Part shown: piece by piece, positions 1 through 13,624 of the stretch
How the letters are laid out: each line of letters begins with the position of its first letter
How positions within the stretch are numbered: the first letter of the stretch is position 1
Origin: Lingula anatina
Lineage: Eukaryota; Animalia; Brachiopoda
Length of the DNA stretch: 64,000 nt
Reading direction: 5' to 3'
Assembly (NCBI GenBank): GCA_051362555.1
Contig: CM120640.1
Span: 61,978,788 to 62,042,787 of the forward strand
Notes under the pieces: generated by a model
Told to the model about the DNA's origin: nothing
Database searches by the model: none
What the model saw: the letters and a program-made list of their open reading frames with translations, nothing else
Position numbers and translations under genes: made by a program

Positions 1-66
1 CGATATATCTGAAATTTGGACTTACTTCATGATGGCGGAAACGGAAAAGGACTGCCTCAGTGTATT

Positions 67-2302
67 ATGGGTATGTCTTTGCTTACAACGACTCGACAAC
101 AAAACGGTATTTGATTGGGTCAATGTAGCGCTGCTCACCTAATCAAAGAAAGGATAACACCAAAAAGCTAAGCGGGAAAGTTCAAATGAATAAAAATGGC
201 CGCTCAGGGTAACTATAACCAATAATATGAGACACCTTTTTTCGTAAATTTTATTATTTTCACTAATAGTTTTTCTCTCGAATTGGCGCTTGTACGTTCT
301 GAGTGAAAGGGCCGCAATGCAAAATTTCAGCAAAATGATGTTGGAGTATACCTTCAGCTTCAAGCGCAGCTTGAACCCATAAAAAGTCATAAATGCACAG
401 ATTCAGAAAAGAAAAAAAAAAATAGGTTGGCAAAACGAGATGCTAGATCTGCTTTTGATGAAGATCTATCAGAGCGGTCAACTCTTTTGCAGCAATTTCA
501 CAACAACTATTTATTTTAATTGTACATATTTAAAAAATTGGGAAAGGGATCTTCTTGTTGTATCCCTGCATTGTTACTTTTTTAATTAGCTCCTCACATC
601 ATTACTCCCCTTACAAGCAAAATGATGATAATGTCTCTCCCTCATTGTCTGTTTTCTTTTTTAATGGCGATTAAAACTTTCAGGTACATGTATTTACAGG
701 AACAGGTTAAATGTGTGTTTTCCTCACAGACTAGTGTATGTTGTGGCAGTTCAGAGTACTCTCAAAACTTAAAATGTTTTTGGGTAGGTGCTAGCAAATT
801 TATGTCCCATTTTAACCAGTGAGGAGTACCAGTAACATTGTGGGATATAGTAACAGTGTGAGGGTGAAATGATAATAAGGATTTAACCTGGGGGAGTAAC
901 AATGTGGGGTAGTAAAGGTTTGGGGAAATGAAATGTAGCCAGCGTTAACACAGCGTCTTCCAAGGCCTTTAAGTAGCACATTTTTTCTTTTTATGGCATA
1001 GTAGGACTTGTACATCTTCACTAATGGAAAATCCACTTCAATTTGTTCAGTCAACATGACACTATGGCTCTTTTCCTAGTGTGTAGATCTTTTTAATTGA
1101 ATTCTGTTGACCTTTTGTACATAACCTACATGCTGACCAATCAGATCAATGGCTGATAAAAGTGAATTAGAAAATGATTTGGGTGTCCTGGTTAAATTTT
1201 GTTTATACATTAACTCACAAACATTTTTAAATCAAAGAAGGGTTTGTGAATGCTTTCATATATCTACAGTAATTTTCAAGGTAGAAATAAGAAGTAATTG
1301 TTTTATGGTAAATAAATTTTTGTTGTAGACTGCTAAAATCTTATGTTGTCAGGGCTCGACATTAGCGCCTGTCCGCCTGTCCGGGACAGGTAAAAATCCA
1401 GTTCGGACAGGTGAAGTTGCAGGGTTGGCTGTCCGACGGACAGGTCATGTTTTATAAGAAATTTGGATCAAAAATCTTTAAAAAATCATTTTTTGTTGCA
1501 TACTATCGTCTTTTTGTCTCTTCCTAGACGGTACTGAAAAGAGTGACCTACTTTTGGCACAAAATACATGCAGTCGCAAAACGAAGTCTGAGTAAACTTA
1601 CCGCCAAATTATGAAAGTGAACACCCTCCAGAACTTCATCAGACAAAATTTATTCACATATCAGGTTCACTACTGAACATTTATTTAGTTAAAAATCTAC
1701 GTGCTCTAGTAATAAAGACACTTCCAAAAACAGACACTACACAAGTACTGTGCTGGAGCCAGATTGGACTGGATGAACTGGCTATATCTAGTTAGTTGTC
1801 AAGGCAACATACTGCCTCTCAATCAAACACGTCGTATGCTATCTACTCACTATAGAAAGTGAAATCTTTGGGACAGAAGATCTTGTTGAAATGTTGTTTA
1901 TTTGCCAAAATGTAACCTGAAATTTTGTATGATGCTTTCTTTAATGACTCTAGCATCACCTCTGTTATTTACTGTATAAAATTTAGTGCTGGAATATGAT
2001 AAATTAACATTGCTCTCACATATCGGTGTGATATTGATGTAAGGAAGAAATTAGTAATAACAAATATGAGAATTAAAAAAAAAAAAGGGGGAACTTTTTT
2101 ATGCTGATTTAATTTAATTCATATATTTTTAAAAAATCAAACACATGATAACCCCTTAAGAAGTTAAATTGTTAACATAAATATAAGTAAAGTATTATAA
2201 AATGAATATTCTTTAATTTTCATTGAACTTTATTCAAATATTATAAAATTTGAATATTTTAATAAAATTAATTTAACAGTTCCCCCTCCCCACTTCCCAC
2301 TC

Positions 2303-2351
<49 letters not shown>

Positions 2352-5300
2352 TAGCTTTGGTTAAACTTCATGTGAATCTGTTATCAAATTGCAGACTTAC
2401 AATTAGTAGACCCTGTACCCCTAATCCTAGGAGAAGCCCTGATGTTAAATATCAGACTTATATGCAAGATTAAGACTCCGTTCACATGGAAAGTCTATTT
2501 TCTAAAAATCTATTTTCTATTCCCAGTATCTTGTAATCATGGTCCCTGTGCCCTGTATATCCCTAGAATTAATTACAGCTTTGGAAGTAACTGGCTCGCG
2601 CCGCCAGTAATTACGCCGCGGGGATATTCAGGGCACAGGGACCGTGATTACAAAATACCGCGAATAGAAAATAGATTTTTAGAAAATAGACTTGTCATGT
2701 GAACGGGACCTAAATCTTCAGGAGTTCACAAGTATGAAAAAACAACTTTTTATCTGAACATAAATTCACTTTAAGGTGCATTTTCGGGGCTCATATGATT
2801 GAATGTTTTGGTAATATATATATTAATTTAAATGTATGACTTCACATATTAATTGACAAAGTCCAAAGGTATGAATAGAAAAAAAAATTGGTTTTGTGGA
2901 CAGGTTGGATTGAAAATTGGACAGGTCAAATTTATGAGCACCTGTCCGAAGGACAGGTGCTCATAAAAGTTAGTGTCTAGCCCTGGTTGTTTTCTGTTCA
3001 TTAGTGGTATTGGTACAAAATAGAGCTATATAACAGCTGGAATGGCCTGCATTTGAACTAATTTATTATGATTATGATTATTATTATTATTATTAATTTC
3101 AGAAGTACTAGATTTGAGTCAAGAAGGACTACACAAGATGGAAGTTGTAGCTGGAGCCAATCCAGTTACAGTCATCTACGACAAAAATGAAATATCCAAA
3201 ATTGAAAATTTGGAAAAATATCAACATCTCCAACAGGTATATACATATAATTGGATAGTTTTTCAAGAAAATGGAGGTTTTGCTTTTGGCAAGTACAAAG
3301 TGTGAAAGGCTAGTTCATGCTTCTTACTACTTCAAATTGTAGGGTGGTTTTGGTGAAAATATGAATATGAATACATCAGAGGTGACAAGTCATTGGTGTT
3401 TTATTTCTGAAGATGGCAGGGGTGAAAAGGAATGGTATTTTGATAATGTAATTTAACTTTTTAAACATGCATCAAATGAATATGAATTGGTACATGATAT
3501 TTTTGAAGATTTTTCAATTTCAAAATCTATTTAACCTGGAATGACCACTACAGAAGACATGGTCATGGTAAGTATAGTGTGAGAATGTAGTTCTCCATTT
3601 CTGAATTTCTTTAACTGTGAGCCTCAGTTGTGCATTAAGTATTAAACTAGTGGTATAATGATGCTGAGGATACTTTTTATTATTATGTAATTTTGATATA
3701 TTTCAGCTTTCTGCTTCCAATAACAGGATTGTTCATATGACTGGAGTAGCCAAGCTGCACAATTTGACTGTGTTGAATCTACCAAATAATAGCATTATTA
3801 CCATTGAAGGTAAGTATGGTAAAAGAGAGTATTTACATGCATCAAAAATACTCAAAATTTATCTTCATGTGGTACTTATACTAAAACTGTCCTTGAAAGA
3901 GAAAAGATTTCTCTTATCAATAATGGCTGATTAGAAGAAATAGTTACATACAGTGTTTCATATTTATTTAATGTAATTTAAATTTTTTTTCAGGTCTGAG
4001 GATGTTAACCAAACTAACTTGGCTGAATCTTTCAGGAAATAGCATCAAGGTGATTAGTTGGAATGTACAGTTTGAAAATATGGACATTGTTAGGAAGAAC
4101 TGGGCGATAATGGCAACAGTGACAAACACAGTTTTCTTGAAATGCCACTAAAATTTGTCATGTAATAAAGAAATGCTGAATTAAGTTTATATAATTGTTT
4201 CAAACATGACATATGAATGTGTTTCACCTAGTACCCTATTCTGAAAAACTGTTCTTTAAGGAATATTTATTTTCACCACTATATATAATATACTTGTTAC
4301 AAGTTTCTCATTCTTCTTCAGCACATTGACCACCTGAGTACCAATGTCAACCTGTGCCACCTGGATCTCTCAGACAACAGTATTTCAGCTCTCTCAGACA
4401 TCTCATTTCTTAAATCATTGCAGGTTGGTTAAGTGTGTATTTTCTATCAGTGTTAAGACCCACATTTATCACAATTATGATGTGCATATGTTTAAGTAAA
4501 GTGTATTTGAGCATGGGATAGAACTATTGTAACTTGTTTTAAATCTTACTATGGTGCTGCTTTCTTTTTAATGTAGCAACAATAATATCCTGTAGACACC
4601 CTCCCCCCCCCCCCCACCCCTCCAAAAAAAAAATAATAATAATAATAATATCAAAACTGTTAATTTCTTTTTAGACTCTGCTTTTGCATGGTAACATTTT
4701 GACCAATTTGAAGACTGTGCCAACATACCTTCCAAAGTCCATAGCAATTCTGTCACTGGCTGAAAATGAAATTGGTGACCTAACTGAGGTGTGTATGAAA
4801 CATCAGAACTAAAGATGTGAAATCAGTTTAAAACTTGAATTAAATATTTGTACCAGTCCTTTCAGAAATTCACACTTAAACTAAATGTCTGCTCTAAGTA
4901 TATAATTTGTATAATAAATCTGAATAACTCTGATACTGGAACTTACATTTATTTAACACTGACCAACAATGTCTAAAATATAATTTGAATTGAGAAATGT
5001 TTTCTATATTCCCATTAACACTACTTCTGTAAATAACATTTTATACTTTGATACTGATAAGATCATGAGAACTCCTACTCATGAACAATATAAATTTTAA
5101 TTTTATTTCTGTGAATATTTTCACAGAAATAAAATTAAAATTAATATTAATTTTATTTCTGTGAATATTTTCAGGTTTCGTACTTGTCTTGTCTTACCAA
5201 ACTGGAACAATTGTCCATCATGAACAACCCGTGTGTCATTATGTCTGCTTCTGCTTTGTATCCTTCTGATATGTAAATTACATTCCCTGTAGTATTTTAT

Positions 5301-8300
5301 ATCACACACACACAAAAGAGTTTGATTTCAGTTGTCCTAATTCCTTAACTATGGCATCAGAGGATTTGATTACAGACCATTTGTTATAAACTGGTGTATG
5401 CATCTAAGAATTCTGGATGGTTACATGGTCAGTGATAAAGAATGGTGAGATTTTTGTATATGCAACATTTTCTTCAGCATCTTTATAGTGACAAAAATAC
5501 ACACAGCATTTACTTGGTGTTTCTAGTTGATACACATTCCTATCACTTGGAAAAGTCCAGTGTGATAAGGATAAATTCACAGGAATGTTTGTAATATTTT
5601 TACCTGCTGAACAGCCAAGCAGCAGGTCAAAAGGCCATAGATTCAGTTTTCTTTTTCTTCTGTTCTTCTTTTGACTCTTTTGCTAATGAGCAATTTCTAC
5701 TGCAGGTTCTATTACTTCTGTAGGTCTGGAGCCTGTTGTTTAATTAATGCTGTTTTCTGTTGGAAAGAGTCAAATTCTGTCTGAGAGATCCAGTTTTATT
5801 TGATTTCATTTTTTTTTAAATTTTGTTTCAGTTTAAAAGCAGAATGGCTCTATTGTCAGGGAAAGGGCCGCCACTTCAGGCCAGGGCAACACTTCTTGCT
5901 GGTTGAGTACTTATCAAAGGTGTGCCCTTTAACTGGGATGACACAGGTATATATAAATGAACAACAAGTATAGAATGATTTAACAGACCTAATTTTTGTG
6001 TTACACAAGTGCTGGTCTTGTATCATTTATGTATGCTATTTTAGTTTTAACATTTGGCCCATTTACCTTAAGCTGTGTGCTAAATATATCTCTGTTGAAG
6101 TACAGAGGTTTGTACATGTATGTAGAATATGATGGCAGCAAATATCACTCTTGAAATCATAGCTTGAAAGAAAAGAAGACATGAAGCTGGCCCAGGTACT
6201 AAGCAAACAGAAACAATACCAACAGCAGTTATTGCAAGAAAACAGCTACCTCTTTTCTCCTAACCCAGAGAGGTCAGAATCCCCAGTGAGAAAAAATGTT
6301 CATACATCTGGTAAGATAGAACATTTAGAATGCTTTTTAATGATTTTACTGCTTTTGTTTTCTTTAATTTTGACTGTGTATGTAAAAAGTGCCTGCAAAA
6401 TATAGTTTATATGTGAGGGTATGTGACTGCAGTCAGTGACAATGATTCAAATTTATCTCAAAGATGGTAAAATTTTAACACTTATTAAAAGCTTTTCTTA
6501 ATAATTTTCAATGAAATATTAACATTAAACCAGGTCGCCAAGCCTCCCACCCAGATGAGTCACATGTCTCACAGCTGTACCCAATAGAAACCCCAGCTAG
6601 TCTGTATGCTGACCTGCAGGAACAGTCTTCAGGTGCAGTGTGGGCAAGCAGTAAGTAGGCATGTGTATCAAAGAATTTGTATGCTATCCGTCTTCACAAT
6701 CACTCTAAATTGTACATGTGGTTTAAGATTAGTGTAAGGATTTTCCTCAGAGAGCTGTCCAGCGGTCATTTGGACTGCCAGTTTTCTAAGGAGATTGCTG
6801 AAATTTTATATGAAGTTGGGATGGCTTACAAAAATGTGTGGATTATCAGGCCTACCCAAGTACCAAACTTGGTACCGAAGGATCCAAAATTCACCGGTAG
6901 ATCTAATCACGCTACCCATTTTCAAGGTGTGTATCAGTACAATTTTCGAAGTATCAGGCGCGGCACCCTCTTGCCTGGTACGCAATGTGATAGCAATCAT
7001 CCTCAGTGGGGTTGGAAAGTATTGCATCTCATGAAGATTCATGCACTACTGCTATTTTCTCTGTTTTATGTAATAAATCGAACAATGCCATGATTTTTTA
7101 ACATAAAGTTCAAGTTTGAACATAGCGAAAGATGTTATGCAGTAGTAAGTACATTTTAAGACTTGCAAAAATACAAATAGATGTGTATGTCCCTGCTTAG
7201 CCAGAAAATCATCATAACAATAATCATATAATCATTTGCTTTACTGTGAACAAAAAATGAATCAAACATTACACACCTTGAAAACAGGTATGGTGGTCCG
7301 ATCTACTGATGAATTCAGGTATATTCAGTGTGGAGTCTCGTAGTTGGGTGGGCCTGGATATGATGGCTTGGTATTTTAGGGCATAGAAAATTCTTGAAAA
7401 GTATTTTGATGTGCCTAGATTTTTTTGTTGTACCACTTGCGTAAATGGACATGAGAAGTACTCTTTGAAGATTATCAAATGTCATAATGAAATAGTAGGT
7501 AAATAAACATTGTATCTTGCATTTGGACTCCCTGTCCATAATCCTTGAGAAAACCCTGGTAAGGGGACAAGTGTATTGTCTGTGACTGGCATTTTTAAAT
7601 ATACTTAAACAATATAACTGTTTTTCATTTTAAAACATGATTTGGTAAGCTGGTAAGGGTATGTGATTGAACATGAAATATATCAGATGTTATGTATAAC
7701 TTAGTAAATGTTATTAGCTGACTCTTTTTTTTTTCAGTGAGTCCCATGATTGCAAGCACACTGCCTTACCAGAATTCTAGACAGGGAAGGCATGGAGAAC
7801 ATATGGTTCTAGAAGATGTTACAGCAGGTAATTATGCAATGGATGCTCATTATAGTCAGGTAGTAATTGTAGCGATTATACAAAATTTACTGTTTGAAAA
7901 TTTTCAAGCTTTGGTGGGAAGTTGCCAGTAAAACACAGTACCTGAACAGGCAATGGATTGGCCAGTGTAGAAAGTTATACCATGAAGGTGTGACTGCACT
8001 ACTTCATTTAATTAAAAACCTTGATATTTTTTTTTTCACAATATTCTTACATGTTTTACATAGACAACACAATCAATATCTTTCAGATGAAATGAACAGT
8101 GCTAATACCAGCTTACTTGAGTCTGAATCTCAATACATCCCAATCGATCCAAGTACATCACCACTCCGTCCCATGACTGCTCCATCTGGTCCAGCTAACT
8201 CTACAACATTTGCAGAGATATTTGCTCAGAGACACAGTCCCCCTAGGCCAAGGACTGCAGGGCCTATAGAGGGTAGAGTTGAACAAGGTTTACAAATAGA

Positions 8301-11300
8301 AAATGTAAGACAGTTGACTGGGACTTTTTCACCTCAATATGCAAACAAATTTGAAGAGCATGAGAACAAGCCTTTGAGGACTTTAAACCAGGAACTTAGC
8401 AAAAAAAGAACAGTTTTGACATTGGGAGGGTCACCTCCAAAAAACAAAGGAAGACAGCCCATATCAGCCCCAAGCCCAAACAACAGGAAAAGAACATCAA
8501 ACAAATCACAAGAGAGCCCTATGAAATTGCTAAATGACACCAGTGATTACACGTCAGACAACAGTCTTCGGGATTCAAAACTTGGTATTGTCCGGCAACT
8601 TGCTGCAGAGAGAAAAAAGAAGACAGCATTGAGAAGACAGGTTCAGAGCAAACCTTCACCTCGTCAAGCAGTGATTCAGCCGAAATTTGCTGCACATTCT
8701 CCACCTCGAGCTACTTCGCCATACAAAACAGTCTACAGTCCAGATAAATATTCACCAAAATCAAAACCTACCAGAGCAGCTGCTAAAATGAAGGGAGAAG
8801 TTCAAGATACAAATAAAGCTCAGACAAAAGACAGGAACCAAAAAATGGGTTATGTAGCTGCCCAGCTGAAGGACAACAGTAGTCAGTCAGTGATACTGCC
8901 AGTGGGACAGCAAAAAGGTATTGTCAATATAATATTTTGTCGTTTTACTAAAGTAGACACATTTATGGTGCAAGAACTAGGATATTCTTTCAGCTACATA
9001 ACCTACATTTGATACTGTGGGACTAAACTTGGTCTCATTTAGGTCCTCTATATCTTAGCAACACGATGTAACTTCCGTTCAGGTTTTCCAGTGTACATTT
9101 TTAACAAGGTACTATAAGCATGCAACAGAAACATAACTATTTACACAATCCCAGAAAGGTTCAAGGTAATATATGATTCGTTTTAGGCCACAAAACCACT
9201 TTTGAAAAACAATTTGATGTACTCTACCATTTTGAATAACAGTTATAAAATTATGAAATCATGCTTTAATTTTCCTGGAATAGAAATGGCAGAGAATGCA
9301 ACCAGGATTCAGGCATTATGGAGAGGATACTGGACCAGGACACGTGAGCCTGTGGTGGTCGAGGCTAGGAAGGAAATTAGAATGAGAAGAGCTGAGGGCC
9401 ATTTAAAACATTTGAGACAAGAACTAGACAGGTATTATGTGTGTCACAGGACTGACGTCAAATCATCTTTCAGTCAAGTAAAACTTTCTCTGTGAAAAAA
9501 TTGATTTCTTATATAGTTTTGTTGAAGGTGCCATTTGGTTCTCACATGTGGAGTGTCTGAACTGCATAAGATTTAAATAATTTTGTACCTTGCATTTTCT
9601 TTTATTGTACTTGTAGGCAAAAGCTGTCATTAGATCAGGAGAAACAGTTGAGAATCCTGCAGACAGAAGCCATCAAGTTCCTATGTAGGGAGGTAAGGAA
9701 TCAGCTTTTTAAAGACTCTCATACGTGTAAACACCTGTGATACATTCTTATGGACAAGGTAAAACAGTTTGTATACAGAATTTGTACTATGCAATGACCA
9801 TTTTGTCCAAATGCATTACATTTGATGGACTGAAAGGGGGGGGGGGGAGTAATGATTTAATCATTGATAAATAGTATCCAGTTTATCTGCCCATATTATT
9901 TTAGTTGGATGAGTTGAAGAGAGGAACAGCTCTAAACACAAGGACATCATCAGCTGGAGATATGAAGGAATCAGACCTGCAAAAGTTGTGTTTTAGTCTT
10001 CAAAGCCAGGTTTGTGTGATTGGTTGCAGGTGACAAACCTCAGTGTTCTTCTCTCTTATTATGTAACTTTGATAAGTATTAAAACCTTGAGACCAATTCC
10101 TAGGGGGCTGAACTCCCAAAATGTAAGTACTTGTATGTAGAGTAGTTAGGTCAGTCATGACATTTTGTCTTTTTCCATATGTACCCCAATAAAGACAAGA
10201 GGTACAATCAGAATAGTATGTGCGTAGAGTTGCTACATATCTTGGCTTTCTTTAGCCCAAATGTGCCCATAAAATATGGTCTAGGTGCTGAACTAATGAA
10301 TACCTTGATTTTAGCATGCATACATGCAAGAAATACATCTGAAGGCTCACTTTTTAAATTAGGTGCATCAGCTGCAGCAAGCAATGAAGACTACGTCCTC
10401 CAGATTACTGCAGACAAGTGGTCTGAACATTTCAGAAGAAAGCACATCTTCAGGTAGAACATTTGTTGACATAAAAGTGAAATATGTTGATTGGTAGAAT
10501 GATTTATGATTCAAACTGAACAACTAAATAATGCAGTAATTTAGTTTACAGATAAGCTAATGTTGAAATTTTGATATTGAAATTTTTAGCAGGTTTAGAA
10601 TAAATGGAATCATAAAAGGAGCTTCAGTGTATCGCTATAATATTTTTAACTCAAAGTTTTTCTTTACTAGATGATGATGATGACAGCATTCACATCCATG
10701 GAACATTCCTTGACAGCTCATCACAAGAAGGAAAATGGAGTAAGTATATGCATATATGTATCAAATTTTATGCTTTGTATATTGCAGGTCCTTGTTATGA
10801 TATTGAAACTGTCTGCCATGTTCATGTGTAGTTGCCGGCCTGGAAATGTCACAAGAAAGTGGGTCAATTCCATCTGTTCCTCCTCAATGATTAAGTGTGC
10901 CTGTATCTTTTTATTTCAGTGCCAAGTGGAGATACATCTAAACAGCATGATCCAAGTTACTATGAGAATGTTCCCTTGCCTGGCGTCCCAACAGCTCCCT
11001 CTGAGCTTCAATATTGTATCAAACACAGCACCAGCCTGCTGCTCCGATGGAAGCAATCTAAAGTAGTGGATATGGAAGGGAAATTTTTGAACAAGCCTAT
11101 TATTGGTATGTCCAGTATTGAACTAGACATTCTTTTCTATGTGTAAGATTCTTAATACTTGAATTAAAATATGATTTGAACAATCATTACAGATGCTTAA
11201 GGACTGCTATAATATCACTGGCAAGATATTATGGAAGTTTTGTCATTCATTGATTAAGTCTTAGAGTGAGTGAAAATGCCCAGAATTTGATTACCATTCT

Positions 11301-13624
11301 GTTTTAATCCCAGAAGCTAAACTTATTAAGCCATGTTGCATTTTGAAGCGCCATTCTCTTTTTTGTAGGCTATAGAGTGTATGTGAATGACCAAGCAAAA
11401 GGAATGGTGTCTGGGACCAAAACTACGGCTTTGCTAGATGGCCTGGATCCCAAATACCAGTACAAGTAAGGCTTTAATGTGCAATTGCCATCTGGTTAGG
11501 AAAAATTGCTCTCTAAAATTAAGTATCTTTTGTTTTTTGTAAAAAGTGAACTGTGTCACCACAAAGAAATATGTAAAGTGGCATTTTTAATAAGGTTTAT
11601 GATTGAATTGGAGTGATTGCAGTTATTAATCAATAAGTTCAATATATTTTGTGAGTCCTTTATATACACATGTGAATACAGATTTCTTTTATACCCCAGA
11701 TTTTTTGTCAGAGCTGTGTCATCAGTCGGAGAGTCTTACAACTCTGATGAAGTCACAGTGACCATGACAAGTCCTCTTGATATTCCAAGCACCAGTTCTA
11801 CAACCACAGATAGTGACAAGGACCACGACTCAGCAGAAGAAAGAAGTGATGAAAGCAAACCAAAATCTTCTTTTGAAAAACCTGGCACAGACCATGGAGA
11901 TCAAGAAAGCAATAAACATGATACAGGAGTTTTATCAACAATGAAATCAGCTGGGTCCCCCACAGATTTGAATAATTCATGTAGCTCTAGTTCACCCTTG
12001 CAGCAGCAGAGTCACATAGACCCAATCAGTGTGAAGAAAAACATATCATTACATACACCTCTGTTTCCACCCTTGTCTGCAGACACACAAAAAGAGCCTC
12101 TAAGCCCTTGATGAATTCACAGGAACCTATCACAGGCTCTTCTCCTCCAAGGAGCCCTAAGAAATCTAATGTCATGGAGAGGCTGGAGCAGAAAGTGCTG
12201 TCATACAAGGAAAGAACTTCACCCATGAAAGACTGCAAAACATCTGAAGCAAACAGTGGTGTTGATGATTTGTTTGATATCACTACCACCACTGACAGTA
12301 TTCCTCCTGATTTAAAGGACCCAATAAAAGTAATTCCCAGTGATGCAGATTCAGTCATCAAAGCAGAAGTGGTTGCAGGTAAAGGAGATCCTGGTGCCAA
12401 CCATGAAGATTCCATGTCAAATGAGAAAAGTTCTGACCAGGACTTGATTGCTGACAAAGTTACGTAAGTGGTCCAAATGTCTTGGTTCGACAGCATAAAT
12501 ATCTTGGGGAATAAATTGTGTTGTAATAATCTTTATCCAGATCCCTCGTTGACGGTTGAAATATCATTAAATAAATATTTGACATAAAATTGTGAGGTCT
12601 GAAAATTTCTATGTACAGCCACATATCATTTTATTAATGAGGGCAGTGTTGATTGCCATTTCAGCTTATGTAGAGAATGAAAATTAATCATTTTGTTTTT
12701 TGGGTGCTCTTCATGAAATGTTTGAACTTGTCATCAGTTCAATCGTGATGCAGGTTGTTTCTGTTTTGAGTGGTAATTAGGTTTACCTCTACCTGTAATT
12801 CTTTGTTTCCCAGGGAACAGCAGTTGGAGAGCAATCCTACCCAAGCCCCAATCTCTGGTGGAAAGTTCTTTAAGTTTCCAGTTCTTGGTTCTGGGGTGCT
12901 CCAAGACAGTGCCAATAATATGCTGGGGCAATCTACAGAAACATTTAATGATGTAGGTTACTAGTATAATGATATATAATTTTAATCCCCAGAAGATAAA
13001 TTTTGATTTTGAATTGTTTTTTATACTTCTAAATGTACGTAAGTTGTTACTTTTAGATTAATAAGCAATTTTGTGATCTAAAGATTATATTCATATTGAA
13101 ATTGGAAAGTATGCAAAAGGTTATGATCTGTGCCATAGAATTTGTTGCAAAGGCTGTTTTAAATGTAAATGAAAAGAAATGTTTGTCTCTTTTAACTTTC
13201 AAAAGGAGGAAACGCAGTTAGGTAATATCAGATAGATGTTTGTTTTCGATTTTATTCAGCGCTTTAGCTTAAATTAATTGAGCATAACTTCAAATTCTGT
13301 TGAGAGTACATTTATATAAAATGATGCTAGTAATTGGTCATTTTTTTTTCGAATATACATCATTTATCCATTCCATGAGATTACCATAGAATTAAGCAGA
13401 AATAATTTTACTTGTAGGTTGATGATTCAAGTGTCACCAAGGTCTTGAAGGACATAACTGACAAAACTGCAGCAGCAGCTGAGGCACAAGCAAACATGGT
13501 TGTCAGTAATGAGTTGGAGTGTGGGCAAGGAATTTCTGTTGATAGTACAAAAAGAACTGAACCCAAACTGGGCAGTACAGCTGCATCATTACTGGCTAAA
13601 TTGCAGTACAAGTTGTCTGGGTGA
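67..13624 (+). CDS. CEP97: Centrosomal protein CEP97 (LRR + IQ + coiled coil + FN3), multi-exon
   Basis: Spliced exons: 67-70 (tentative ATG-G), 3103-3236, 3707-3809, 3994-4049, 4322-4423, 4675-4788, 5175-5257, 5361-5444, 5832-5946, 6163-6310, 6534-6650, 7738-7827, 8087-8917, 9284-9431, 9617-9692, 9905-10009, 10363-10453, 10671-10739, 10920-11105, 11369-11465, 11700-12463 (internal frame break near 12108), 12814-12952, 13418-13624. Translation includes [55 protein letters not shown] and [20 protein letters not shown], matching the CEP97 LRR/LRRCT region, plus the IQ motif [11 protein letters not shown]. First exon and 3' part are less certain. Confidence 0.92.
1350..2985. mobile_element. Non-autonomous hAT5-like DNA transposon, copy 1 (CEP97 intron 1)
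   Basis: Imperfect TIRs CAGGGCTCGACATTAGC / GTTAGTGTCTAGCCCTG, subterminal GGACAGG/CCTGTCC repeats, 5-bp TSD GTTGT on both sides. Near-identical to 45814-47446. Confidence 0.9.
2474..2710. mobile_element. Harbinger/Tourist-like palindromic MITE nested in hAT5-like copy 1
   Basis: Long inverted arms (..CCGTTCACATG..AGTCTATTTTCTA / TAGAAAATAGACT..CATGTGAACGG), TAA on both flanks. Related to 30140-30396. Confidence 0.8.
5258..5360 (+). other. U12-type (minor spliceosome) GT-AG intron in CEP97
   Basis: 5' site GTATCCTTC; branch site TTCCTTAAC at 5341-5349, followed by 11 nt ending in AG; no polypyrimidine tract. Splicing restores SASAL-GFDYRPF. Confidence 0.9.
6737..7558. mobile_element. Old, diverged inverted-repeat element in a CEP97 intron
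   Basis: 6845-6933 aligns with the reverse complement of 7270-7362 (shared AGGCCyACCCAA, GTAGATC, TTTTCAAGGTGTGTA). Ends resemble AGG(G/A)TTTT..CTCA. Boundaries approximate. Confidence 0.45.

Noticed and set aside
2442-2702. Identical 86-aa ORFs at 2442 and 46903 as a duplicated gene
   Set aside because: They are chance frames across the palindromic MITE inside the repeated transposon.
6677-7478. Opposite-strand ORFs with similar peptides (RPTQ..FQGV)
   Set aside because: Explained by the DNA-level inverted repeat; no recognisable protein family.
12026-12496. 156-aa antisense ORF, and similar ones at 8334, 37797, 56622 and 62990
   Set aside because: Shadows of real coding exons on the opposite strand, with no independent motifs.
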